Assembly: GCA_965116475.1 (NCBI GenBank)
Contig: OZ220691.1
Span: 2,336,001-2,400,000 of the forward strand
Length of the DNA: 64,000 nucleotides
DNA from: Gemmatimonadota bacterium
GTDB lineage: Bacteria; Gemmatimonadota; Gemmatimonadetes; Palauibacterales; Palauibacteraceae
Direction of reading: 5' to 3'
Part shown: positions 54,385 to 63,647 of the stretch, piece by piece
Numbering within the stretch: the first letter of the stretch is position 1
How the letters are laid out: each line of letters starts with the position of its first letter
The notes under the pieces: generated by a model
Database searches by the model: none
The model's input: only the letters and a program-made list of their open reading frames with translations
Told to the model about the DNA's origin: nothing
Made by a program: the position numbers and the translations under genes

Positions 54385-55859
54385 CCGGCGCCCGACTCCG
54401 TCCCGATCCGCACGGCGCGGTATCCGCCCGCCCGCCGGTCGCGCGCATAGAGCAATCCGAAGATGAGGATGAGCGCGCCCGTGAACGGAAGGATGTACCG
54501 GAACGAGACCCGTCCCCCGTAGTTGTCCGTCGGCGCGAGGATGGCGTAGGCTCGCTCCGCCAGCGCCTCATCCCCCCCGGAGTTGATGATCGCCCGCAGC
54601 GCGTTCGCCGTGACCGACTCCGGCAGCGCGCCGTCCGGCCCCACGCCGGCGAGCGCCTCGCCCACCGCCTCGTCCGCCGCCGCCAGGTCCGGCGCCGTCA
54701 CCGGGTCGGCGCCGCCGAATGCCCCGGTCGCGTCCGTCAGGAGCGCCGTCGTCTCGACCGTCGGAAGCCGCTCGTGGCCCACTTCATCCGCGATCCTTCC
54801 CATCCACGGCGTCGTCCACAGCCCGACGACCGCCATCCCCGTCGCCCCCATCATCCCCAGTCCAAGCGCCCCGGAACGCGGTACGCGCTCCGACACGAAA
54901 CCGAGCATCGTCGGCCAGAAGTAGCACACGCCGACCGCGAACACGGTGGCCGAGGCGAACGCCATCCCCGTCGTCTCCGCGTAGCTGAGCCACAGCAGCC
55001 CCACGACGGAGATTGCCGCGCTCGCGGACAGCACTCCGGTCGGCGAGAGCCGCTCGACCGCGAACCCCGCCTTGTACCGCAGGATCGCCATCAGCCCGTT
55101 GATCCACGCCAGCACGAGGATCCCGGGAATCCCGCCCGCCTCCAGCACCGCGGGCACCCAGCGGTTCGGCCCCAGTTCCGTCGAGGCCGTGATCGCCATG
55201 CACAGGAGCATCAGGATCATGAGCGGCGTCGCGAACGTGGCCTTGAACATCTCCCCCATGCTCACGCCGGCGCGCACGCCCTCCGTCGGCGGGAACTCCT
55301 CCCGCCACATCAGGTGACCGTAGATGAGGGTGGGGATGAGGATGAGCCCGATCTTCAGTTGCCACGCGGTGAGTCCCGCCCAGTCGAGGCCGAAGGCGAG
55401 CACGGAGCCGATCACGATCCCGCCCGGGAACCAGACGTGGAACTGGTTCAACTTGACCGTCTTTTCCTCCGGATAGAGCGCCGCCACCAGCGGGTTGCAG
55501 GCGGCCTCGACCAGCCCGTTCCCCAGCGCCAGCGTCAGTGCCCCGAAGAACGCCTGCCAGAAGCCGCCGGCCGTGATGAGCACGGCAGCCCCCACCAGGT
55601 GACACGCGAACGCGAGCCGGAGCAGAAAGCGCATCCCCAGCGTGTCGCAGAACGGCGCGAAGAGGACCTGCGACACGGCGAAGCCCCAGATCCCGGCGCC
55701 CGCGATCCAGCCGATATCGGAGTTCGTCAGCGTGAATTCGCCCTTCAGCGTGAGCATAACCGCGCCGACCACCGCGAAGGTGACGGAGGTCGCGATGAGC
55801 GACACGCAACTGGCCAGGAAGAGTCGCCTCGGGCGGACGGCGGACGAGGTCGTATCCAC
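54381..55859 (-). CDS. MFS transporter (sugar permease-like)
   Basis: GAGGAG RBS, GTG 55859; about 12 TM; NGLVEAACNP, NQFHVWFPGG, TELGPNRW, WPTMLG. Confidence 0.9.
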   Translation of the reverse strand: MDTTSSAVRPRRLFLASCVSLIATSVTFAVVGAVMLTLKGEFTLTNSDIGWIAGAGIWGFAVSQVLFAPFCDTLGMRFLLRLAFACHLVGAAVLITAGGFWQAFFGALTLALGNGLVEAACNPLVAALYPEEKTVKLNQFHVWFPGGIVIGSVLAFGLDWAGLTAWQLKIGLILIPTLIYGHLMWREEFPPTEGVRAGVSMGEMFKATFATPLMILMLLCMAITASTELGPNRWVPAVLEAGGIPGILVLAWINGLMAILRYKAGFAVERLSPTGVLSASAAISVVGLLWLSYAETTGMAFASATVFAVGVCYFWPTMLGFVSERVPRSGALGLGMMGATGMAVVGLWTTPWMGRIADEVGHERLPTVETTALLTDATGAFGGADPVTAPDLAAADEAVGEALAGVGPDGALPESVTANALRAIINSGGDEALAERAYAILAPTDNYGGRVSFRYILPFTGALILIFGLLYARDRRAGGYRAVRIGTESGAG

Positions 55860-56081
55860 GGAACACTCCTCGGATGGGGTCGGCGGGCACGCTAGCGCCG
55901 CTTCGTTCGCCTCCGCAACGGCGCGAGCGACCCCCGCGACCCTCCCAACCCTACCGGCCGGCGAACGCTTCGGTCTATTCTTTCCGGGCGGTCCGGGGCA
56001 GGAGCCTGCGTAGCGCATCGCCGCTCGAACGCAGCGGGGCCCTGCCGCGGGCCGCCAGGCCAGAAACCCCAGGAGGATCCC

Positions 56082-58445
56082 GTGAAACGCTTCTCGATTC
56101 GCCGCCCGTCACCCGTCGCGCTCGCCGTCCTCGCGTGCGGCGGCCTCGCATTCGCCGTGCTGCCACCGGGAGCCCTCGCCCAGTCCCGGCCCTACCAGCC
56201 GGAATCCGTGAGCGCGAGCGAGTACGCGCGCGCCGAGCAGTTCCTCCCCTGGCACGCGGAGAAGCTGACGTCGGGCGTCACGGTGAACCCCCGCTGGGTC
56301 GACGCGAACCGGTTCTGGTACCGCAACCAGGTGTTCGGCGGCCACGAGTTCATCATGATCGACGCCGCGGCCCGCACCCGCCGGCCCGCCTTCGACCACG
56401 ACCGGCTCGCCGCGGCCCTCTCCGAGGCCTCCGACGCGAGCCACGAGGCGACGCACCTTCCCTTCGACGAGTTCGAGTTCAACGCGTCCGGCGGGATCCG
56501 CTTCTGGACAGACACCCACGAGCGCTGGGACTGCGACATCGCCGCCTACCGCTGCACGGGCCCGGACTCGGTCGCGCGGGCGACGCACGAGATCGATGCC
56601 CCCGACGGCGCGCTCGCCGTCTTCTCGCGCGATGAGAACCTGTGGGTCCGCGACACGAACTCCGACGAGGAGCGCCAACTCTCGACGGACGGGGAACCGC
56701 ACTGGGGCTACGGCGTCGCACCGGAGGGCTGTTGCCAGGAGATCTCGAACCGCCGCCGGGAGTTCAAGCCGCCCCCGGTCGCCGAATGGTCCCCCGACGG
56801 CCGCCGGATCGTGACCCACCGCTACGACGAACGCGATGTCGAGGACCTTCACCTGCTCGAGGCCGCCACCGGGCGCCCGATCCTCCACAGCTACCGCTAC
56901 GCGCTCCCCGGCGATTCCATCGTCCCCACCTGGCAACTCCACATCTTCGACGCGGAGACCGGAGCCCAGGTGCGGGCCGACTACGACCCCGTCGTCGGCT
57001 ACTTCGGCGGCGCGGACACGACCTGGCACGCCGCCCAATGGACCCCGGACGGCGCCCGCGTCTACTTCTCGCACCATTCGCGCGACTTCAGGAACCAGAC
57101 GCTCGTCGAGGTCGACGCCACGACGGGCGCGACCCGCAAGGTGATCGTCGAGACCGGCGACACCTGGGTGGAGCTGAACCAGCTCCGCACGCCCTACAAC
57201 TGGCGCGTGCTCGACAACGGGAGCGAGTTCATCTGGTTCTCCGAGCGCGAGGGCTGGGGCCACCTCTACCTGCACGACCTCGCCACGGGAGAGATGAAAA
57301 ACCGGATCACGCAGGGGTCCTGGCTCGTCGTCCAGCTGCTGGCCGTCGATGAGGCCGCGCGGCAGGTCTACTTCACCGGCGTGGGCCGCGAGCCCGGCCG
57401 AGATCCATACCGGCATCACCTCTATCGGGCCTCGCTCGATGGCGGCGGGGTCACGCTCCTCTCGCCGGAGGACGCGCACCACGCGGTCTCCGCCTCACCC
57501 GACGGCCGCTACTTCGTGGACACGTACTCCACGCGTTCGACGGCCCCGGTCACCGTCCTCCGGGACAATGCCGGACGTGCCGTGATGACGGTCGAGCAGG
57601 GCGACATTTCCCCGCTCCTCGAGGCCGGCTGGGAACCCCCCGTGCGCTTCTCCGCCAAGGCGCGCGACGGCGTGACGGACGTGTACGGCTATCTCTGGCT
57701 GCCTCCGAACATGGAGGAGGGGACCGTCTATCCCGTCATCGACTACGTCTACCCCGGCCCCCAGATCGGCCCCATCCGCACGCCCGGCTTCACCTCCGGG
57801 CCGCGGGGCCAGGGCCACGCCCTTGCCCAGCTCGGTTTCATCACCTTCGCGATCGACGCCATGGGCACGCCGTACCGCTCCAAGGCCTTCCACGAGAGCT
57901 ACTACGGCGACATGCGGGACAACGGGATCCCGGATCACGTCGCGGCGCTCAAGGCGCTCGCCCTCCGCTATCCCATCGACATCGAGCGCGTGGGGATCTT
58001 CGGCCACTCCGGCGGCGGCTTCTCCTCGACCGACGCCATCCTGACCTTCCCGGACTTCTTCAAGGTCGCGGTGTCGGGGGCGGGGAATCACGATCAGCGC
58101 GGCTACCACTTCCCCTGGGGGGAGAAATACCACGGGCTGCTCGAACGGAACCCGGACGGGACCGACAGCTTCGACTCGCAGGCGAACCAGAACATCGCCT
58201 CGAACCTCAAGGGGAAGCTGCTGCTCCACTACGGGTCGCTGGATGACAACGTGCACCCGAACATGACGCTGCTCGTGGCCGACGCCCTCATCGAGGCGAA
58301 CAAGACCTTCGACATGCTCGTGTTCCCGAACCGGAACCACGGCTACGCGCGCGAGCCGTACCTGATCCGGCGCACCTGGGACTACTTCATCGAGCACCTC
58401 ATGGGCGCCGACCCGCCGGCCGACTACCGCATCGTCCAACCGTAA
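56082..58445 (+). CDS. S9 family dipeptidyl-peptidase IV-like serine peptidase
   Basis: AGGAGG RBS; signal peptide; DPPIV_N propeller; GHSGGG, DDNVH, NRNH catalytic triad. Confidence 0.92.
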   Translation: MKRFSIRRPSPVALAVLACGGLAFAVLPPGALAQSRPYQPESVSASEYARAEQFLPWHAEKLTSGVTVNPRWVDANRFWYRNQVFGGHEFIMIDAAARTRRPAFDHDRLAAALSEASDASHEATHLPFDEFEFNASGGIRFWTDTHERWDCDIAAYRCTGPDSVARATHEIDAPDGALAVFSRDENLWVRDTNSDEERQLSTDGEPHWGYGVAPEGCCQEISNRRREFKPPPVAEWSPDGRRIVTHRYDERDVEDLHLLEAATGRPILHSYRYALPGDSIVPTWQLHIFDAETGAQVRADYDPVVGYFGGADTTWHAAQWTPDGARVYFSHHSRDFRNQTLVEVDATTGATRKVIVETGDTWVELNQLRTPYNWRVLDNGSEFIWFSEREGWGHLYLHDLATGEMKNRITQGSWLVVQLLAVDEAARQVYFTGVGREPGRDPYRHHLYRASLDGGGVTLLSPEDAHHAVSASPDGRYFVDTYSTRSTAPVTVLRDNAGRAVMTVEQGDISPLLEAGWEPPVRFSAKARDGVTDVYGYLWLPPNMEEGTVYPVIDYVYPGPQIGPIRTPGFTSGPRGQGHALAQLGFITFAIDAMGTPYRSKAFHESYYGDMRDNGIPDHVAALKALALRYPIDIERVGIFGHSGGGFSSTDAILTFPDFFKVAVSGAGNHDQRGYHFPWGEKYHGLLERNPDGTDSFDSQANQNIASNLKGKLLLHYGSLDDNVHPNMTLLVADALIEANKTFDMLVFPNRNHGYAREPYLIRRTWDYFIEHLMGADPPADYRIVQP

Positions 58446-58464
58446 AGGACGCGCGCCAGGCTGG

Positions 58465-59703
58465 ATGCGCATGCAGGCACGAAGCGAGCACGCCAGGAAA
58501 CGCCGGCGGGCCAGCGGGAGGGCCGTCGTTCGGTTGCTTTTCCTTGCTGTACTGCCCTTTCTCGCATCCTGCGAGGGCAGCGAGGCCGGTCCGCCCCTCG
58601 TCGTGCAGCGCGATAGCGCCGGCATCGAGATCGTCGAGGCCATGCGGCCGCTCTGGGGCGACTCGAATCTCTGGAGCATCGACCCGGATCCGCTCGTCGA
58701 CCTCACGCTCTCGGGCGATGGCCCCCGCCACGAGTTCCATGGGCTCCGCGACATGAAGCAACGCACGGACGGTTCGCTCATGGTGGCCGACGGGAGCTCG
58801 CTGGAAGTGCGGGTGTTCTCCGCGGCCGGCGAGTTCCTGGGGTCGTTCGGCGGGAGAGGCGAGGGTCCCGGCGAATTCAGGAGCCTGCGGCGGATCGAGA
58901 ACGCGGGCGACACCCTGCTGGCCCTCGACCGCGGACGCGTCACCGTGGCCGCCCACGACCTGACGGTGATCGGGACCTTCGACATCGATCCGTGGACGAT
59001 CGACCTGCACTACCTCGGCGGAGGCCGGATCCTGCCGGAAGTATCGCGGCCGGTGTTGCCGATGGATGGTCTTGCCGGATCGGTTCGGCGTCCTCAACCT
59101 CTCGCGCTACTCGATCTGGAGGGGACCCGGATCGACAGCGTCGGCGAACTGCGGGGGGCCGAGGTGTACGTACTCGTCCGCGACGGCTCGTACGTCGGGA
59201 CCGCGCCGCACTTTTTCGGCAAACAATCTCACGTTACGGCCCTGGGCCGGCACATCCTGCGGGGTTCCTCCGACACGATGCAGCTGGAGGAACTGGACCC
59301 GTCCGGAACCCTCGTGCGCATCCTGCGAATCCCCGACTATCCCCTGGACCTGAGCGACGCGCGGATCGCCGCGGAGCGGGACTTCCTGCTCGACGGATTC
59401 GCGCCCGGACACCCGTTGCGGGCGCCCTTCGAGGCCGCTCCCGCTTCGGACACCCGGCCCGCCTTCACCGACATCCTCGTGGACCCCTCGGGAGCGGTCT
59501 GGCTGGAACTTCACCGGGGAGAAACCGAGCAGGACCAACCGGAGAAGTGGCTGGTGCTGGACGCCGATGGGATGTGGCTCGGGACCGTCGAGATGCCGGA
59601 CCGCTTCCGCGCGTCGCACATCACGATGGACGCCATACTCGGCGTCCACGAGGATGCCCTCGACGTCCAGCATCCCCAGGTCCTGCGGCTGACGAGGAAC
59701 TGA
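58465..59703 (+). CDS. Six-bladed beta-propeller lipoprotein
   Basis: Lipobox FLASC; QRDSAGIEIV, FGGRGEGPGEF, WLVLDADG.WLGTVEMP, DALDV. Confidence 0.78.
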   Translation: MRMQARSEHARKRRRASGRAVVRLLFLAVLPFLASCEGSEAGPPLVVQRDSAGIEIVEAMRPLWGDSNLWSIDPDPLVDLTLSGDGPRHEFHGLRDMKQRTDGSLMVADGSSLEVRVFSAAGEFLGSFGGRGEGPGEFRSLRRIENAGDTLLALDRGRVTVAAHDLTVIGTFDIDPWTIDLHYLGGGRILPEVSRPVLPMDGLAGSVRRPQPLALLDLEGTRIDSVGELRGAEVYVLVRDGSYVGTAPHFFGKQSHVTALGRHILRGSSDTMQLEELDPSGTLVRILRIPDYPLDLSDARIAAERDFLLDGFAPGHPLRAPFEAAPASDTRPAFTDILVDPSGAVWLELHRGETEQDQPEKWLVLDADGMWLGTVEMPDRFRASHITMDAILGVHEDALDVQHPQVLRLTRN

Positions 59704-59709
59704 CCGGGG

Positions 59710-59729
59710 GACGTTCCCGCGGGAACGTC
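59710..59729. repeat. Perfect 20-bp palindrome GACGTTCCCGCGGGAACGTC, copy 2
   Basis: Identical to 10702-10721; 6 nt after a stop codon. Confidence 0.85.
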
Positions 59730-59858
59730 CTCGCACCCTCGGTGGCACACCGCTTGTCACGCGCGGTCGTTCGGACCACGTTCCACCCGACGTCCGTGGC
59801 TCGAAGGCGAGGCCGGACGCCCGGAACCCGACCGTACCTGGATGACCGGAGGATCCCG

Positions 59859-61403
59859 ATGCGCCGCGCCCTTGATCGAACGTTCGTGACGCACCTCTGC
59901 TGTGCGCTTTCGCTCTCCCTGATCGGCCTCCTGGCCTGCGCGCCGGAGGACGGCGGCGAGGCCGGAGGCGGCGAGGCCGCCGGCGACGAAGCCTCCGGCG
60001 AGACCCTCATGGACCGCGTGATCGCGCGCGGGGAATCGCTCGAGTTGCCGACCGAGTGGGATCCGCCGCCGGGCGAGCCGATCGTGCACCACACGGCGGG
60101 CTTCGCGAAGACCCTCTGCTCCGGGACGTTCATCACCGGGCTCGACTGGCGCGACGCGGCCGCCAACGTGGGCGGCTTCACGGCGCCCTTCCAGCACCGC
60201 GGCGCGGTCGTCGACACGGTCGTCGACATGGAGGCGCAGACGGTCAGCCTCACCCTCGGCTCGGGGATCACGCGCACCGCCAAGCTGTACGGCAGCCAGG
60301 GCTGCATCACGCACCCGCTGGGCCAGGACTCGATCTACTTCACGCCCTCCGTCGTCGAGCCGATGACCCCCGACCCGGCCACCACGCCGTGGCCCATGGG
60401 GGACGTGCTCCCGGACGAGCCGTACCCGCCGGAGATCGACATGGACAAGGTCGGGCAGGCGGTCGAGATCGCGATGGACCAGGAAGGCATGACGCTCGGC
60501 TTCGTCGTCACCTATCAGGGCCGGATCATCGGCGAGGACTACGGCCCCGGCGTCGACATGCACACCCCGTTCGAGAGCTGGTCGAAGGGGAAGTCGCTCA
60601 CCGGGACGCTCATGGCCGTCCTCATCCAGCAGGGCGTGTACGGCCTGTGGCAGCGCGCCCCGATCCCGGAGTGGCAGGACGATAGCCGGAAGAACATCCG
60701 CATCGCGGACATCATGCGCATGTCGAGCGGGATCCGGATCGTCGCGCCGCAGGACCCGGGGTATACGGAGGAGATGGGGTATCCCGATCACCTCTATCTC
60801 TACACCGGCGAGAACGCCTTCGAGTGGGCCGCGACCCGCCCGCAGCAGTGGGAGCCCAACACCGTGGGACGGTATCGGAACACCGACCCGGCGCTCACGA
60901 ACTACCTGGTCCGCCTCGGCGTCGAGGGGCGCGGCGACGACTATCACGCCTTCCCGCAGCGGCACCTGTTCGACAAGCTCGGGATCCGGAACTTCATCAT
61001 GGAGACGGACCCGAACGGGAACTTCCTCACCCAGGGCTACGAGTTCGGCTCCGCCCGCGACTGGGCGCGGCTCGGCAACCTCTACCTGCAGGACGGCGTG
61101 TGGGAGGGCGAGCGCATCCTCCCCGAGGGCTACGTCGACTACGCGATGGAAGTCGCCCCCGCGTGGATCGCGGACGGGCGCCCGACGTACGGCGGCGGCT
61201 TCGTGTGGAAGGACCTCGGCTTCCCGATCGAGGACGACTACGGCGCCTTCGCGGGCGCGGGCGGCCAGTACACGGTGTTCATCCCCGCGCGCGGCCTCGT
61301 CATCACCCGCCTCGGCAAGTACACGGGCGCCGGCCCCGGCGGAGAGAACCTGCGAGCCGCGATCGCGCTCCTGATGGAGGCCGTGCCGCCGATCGGCGAC
61401 TAA
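59859..61403 (+). CDS. Serine hydrolase (beta-lactamase class C-like) lipoprotein
   Basis: GGAGG RBS; lipobox LLAC; SxxK in WSKGKS; YRN; ARDWARLG.LYL; AGAGGQY. Confidence 0.88.
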   Translation: MRRALDRTFVTHLCCALSLSLIGLLACAPEDGGEAGGGEAAGDEASGETLMDRVIARGESLELPTEWDPPPGEPIVHHTAGFAKTLCSGTFITGLDWRDAAANVGGFTAPFQHRGAVVDTVVDMEAQTVSLTLGSGITRTAKLYGSQGCITHPLGQDSIYFTPSVVEPMTPDPATTPWPMGDVLPDEPYPPEIDMDKVGQAVEIAMDQEGMTLGFVVTYQGRIIGEDYGPGVDMHTPFESWSKGKSLTGTLMAVLIQQGVYGLWQRAPIPEWQDDSRKNIRIADIMRMSSGIRIVAPQDPGYTEEMGYPDHLYLYTGENAFEWAATRPQQWEPNTVGRYRNTDPALTNYLVRLGVEGRGDDYHAFPQRHLFDKLGIRNFIMETDPNGNFLTQGYEFGSARDWARLGNLYLQDGVWEGERILPEGYVDYAMEVAPAWIADGRPTYGGGFVWKDLGFPIEDDYGAFAGAGGQYTVFIPARGLVITRLGKYTGAGPGGENLRAAIALLMEAVPPIGD

Positions 61404-62290
61404 ACGGACGGTTGCCGGCGCGCCGTAGAGAGGCGCTCCGCGCGAGGGGGAAGGTCCGGGGCGTCGAGGATCGTGGCGACGAGGTCGAAGTCGTCTCGCG
61501 GTCCGGACCACTCGAGTTCGTCGACGGTTCCTGACACCGGAGCTTCTCGGACGAGCGTGGCGAGGCGGCGGAAGAGGAGCGCGTCGTCCAGCCCGTTGCG
61601 CAGCGTTTGGGCGAGGCGTTCGGGGCCACGCACGGAAACATCCCAGTCTCTTCCGTCCGGGGGTATCTCCTCGATACGGCCGTAGCGCGCGAGCACAGCG
61701 GCCGCCGTCTTGGCGCCGAAGCCGCGGATGCCGGCGAAGCCGTCCGCCGAGTCGCCCACCAGGGCCAGCCAGTCCGGGATCGCGGCGGGCGGCACGCCGA
61801 ACTTCTCGACCACGCCGGCCTCGTCGCGCAGCAGCCGCTGCCGGCGGTCGAACTGCACGACGCGTTCGCCTTCCACGCACTGGGCGAGATCCTTGTCCGG
61901 CGTGCACAGGAAGACGCGCTCCACGCGGGGGTCCGCGGCGGCCATCGCGGCGCCGGCGGCCATCGCATCGTCCGCCTCGTGCTCCACCATCGGCCACACG
62001 ACGAATCCCGCCGAGGCGAGCGCCTCCTCGACGAGCGGGAACTGGGAATGGAGCGCCGGATCGATGCCCGAGCCGTCCTTGTAGCCGGGCCACAGCTCGT
62101 TTCGGAAGGACTCGATCACGCGATCGGTGGCAATCGCGACGTGCGTGGCGCCGCCCTCGAGGAGGCCGAACATCGAACCCACGACGCCGCGCGCCGCCCC
62201 GACCTCGTGGCCCCCTGCGTTCTTCGCCGAGGGCGCGCCATAGAAGTGCCGGAACAACTCGTAGGTGCCGTCGATGAGGTGAACCTGCAC
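61400..62290 (-). CDS. Stand-alone 5'-3' exonuclease / flap endonuclease (Pol I N-terminal-like)
   Basis: HLIDGTYELFR, SFRNELWPGYK, EADD, DKDL, LVGDSADG..GIRGFGAKTA. Confidence 0.92.
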   Translation of the reverse strand: MQVHLIDGTYELFRHFYGAPSAKNAGGHEVGAARGVVGSMFGLLEGGATHVAIATDRVIESFRNELWPGYKDGSGIDPALHSQFPLVEEALASAGFVVWPMVEHEADDAMAAGAAMAAADPRVERVFLCTPDKDLAQCVEGERVVQFDRRQRLLRDEAGVVEKFGVPPAAIPDWLALVGDSADGFAGIRGFGAKTAAAVLARYGRIEEIPPDGRDWDVSVRGPERLAQTLRNGLDDALLFRRLATLVREAPVSGTVDELEWSGPRDDFDLVATILDAPDLPPRAERLSTARRQPSV

Positions 62291-62468
62291 GCGCACTCCG
62301 CCTTCCGCTTGACGCCCTGCCCGCGACCCTGCCCCCGTCCCGCTCGCGCCCCCGAAGCGTCGTGCGTCGGAGCGCAGTGTGCAACGGCCCGCTCCCGTGT
62401 ACCTTTGGTGGCCTTCCGCCGGCTCCGCGGCCGGCTGTGGGTCCCGGTCCCGCTGTGAGGCGTTCGAC

Positions 62469-63638
62469 GTGAGCCAGCTCCAACCAGTTTCGACCCCCGA
62501 GGGCGACGCCGTCGCGCCGCCGGTCCCGCGCGAGGTGATCGCGACGGCCGACCGGGTCGTCCTCAAGGTGGGAACGGGCGTCGTCACGCACGACGATGGG
62601 AGGATCGCCCTCTCCCGCCTCTTCCGCGTCGTCGAGAGCGCGAGCCGCCTGCGGCGGGAGGGTCGGGAGGTCCTCATCGTGACTTCGGGAGCGGTGGGCC
62701 TGGGACGCGTCGCCCTCCAGCTCGCCGAGCCGCCCGCCACGGCCGCGCTGAAGCAGACGTGCGCCGCCATCGGACAGAGCCGGCTCATGGAACTCTACCA
62801 GCAGGGGTTCGCCCGGCTCGGCGTCACCTGCGCGCAGATCCTCATCACGTGGACGGACTTCGACGACCGGGTGCGTTACCTGAACCTGCACGAGACGCTC
62901 CAGAGTCTCTTCCGGCTCGGCGTCGTCCCCGTCGTGAACGAGAACGACGCCATCTCGCTGAACGACCGCGTGTATCGGGGGACGGGAAAGCGGCCGATCT
63001 TCGACGACAACGATCGGCTGGGGGCGCTGGTCGCGAGCGAACTGGCGGCGGATCTGATCGTGCTCCTCACGGACGTGCCGGGGGTCATGACGGCCGATCC
63101 CAGGCGCGACCCGGAGGCGCGGCTGGTCGGTCGGATCGACCGGCCCGATGAGCACGGGCTCGACGTGGACGGGCGCTCCGGGCTCGGGCGGGGCGGGATG
63201 GCGAGCAAGCTGGAGGCAGCGCGGGTCGCGTCGCGCGGGGGCTGTCACACCGTCATCGCGTCGGGCGTCGATCCGGGCGCGCTCGACCGCGTGCTGGCCG
63301 GCGAGGAAGAGGGAACCTGGGTCCCGCCGCGCGCCGCGCTCTCCTCGCGCAGCCGCTGGATCGCCTACTGTTCGCACCCGCGCGGCACGCTGGTCCTGGC
63401 CGAGGGCGGGGCCGAACGTCTCCGGGGCGGCGAGCCGCTGAGAGCCGCGGACGTCGCGCGGGCCGAAGGCGAGTTCCGGCGCGGCGACGTGGTCGAGGTT
63501 CAGGCGCTCGATGGAGCCCTGGTCGGACGGGGCGTCGTCGCGCTCGACTCGCGGCTCGTCCTCCAGGCCGTCTCACACAAGGCGGGAGCCGGCGTCGAGA
63601 TCGTGGGGCGCGAGCATCTCATCCTCAAGGAGTCCTAG
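62469..63638 (+). CDS. proB: Glutamate 5-kinase with PUA domain
   Basis: VVLKVGT, VTSGAV, AAIGQ, VVNEND, DNDRL, GRGGMASKL; PUA GEFRRGD. Confidence 0.94.
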   Translation: MSQLQPVSTPEGDAVAPPVPREVIATADRVVLKVGTGVVTHDDGRIALSRLFRVVESASRLRREGREVLIVTSGAVGLGRVALQLAEPPATAALKQTCAAIGQSRLMELYQQGFARLGVTCAQILITWTDFDDRVRYLNLHETLQSLFRLGVVPVVNENDAISLNDRVYRGTGKRPIFDDNDRLGALVASELAADLIVLLTDVPGVMTADPRRDPEARLVGRIDRPDEHGLDVDGRSGLGRGGMASKLEAARVASRGGCHTVIASGVDPGALDRVLAGEEEGTWVPPRAALSSRSRWIAYCSHPRGTLVLAEGGAERLRGGEPLRAADVARAEGEFRRGDVVEVQALDGALVGRGVVALDSRLVLQAVSHKAGAGVEIVGREHLILKES

Positions 63639-63647
63639 GGAGTCCTG

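Noticed and set aside
59859..61403. Antibiotic-resistance beta-lactamase
   Set aside because: Motifs fit the broad serine-hydrolase/esterase branch with an N-terminal extension; nothing indicates true AmpC activity.
528..63377. Numerous long alternative-frame and antisense ORFs (for example 11598-13211, 16221-18137, 44647-47274, 59757-63377)
   Set aside because: Arg/Pro/Gly-rich shadows of real genes, expected in very GC-rich DNA; no recognisable motifs.
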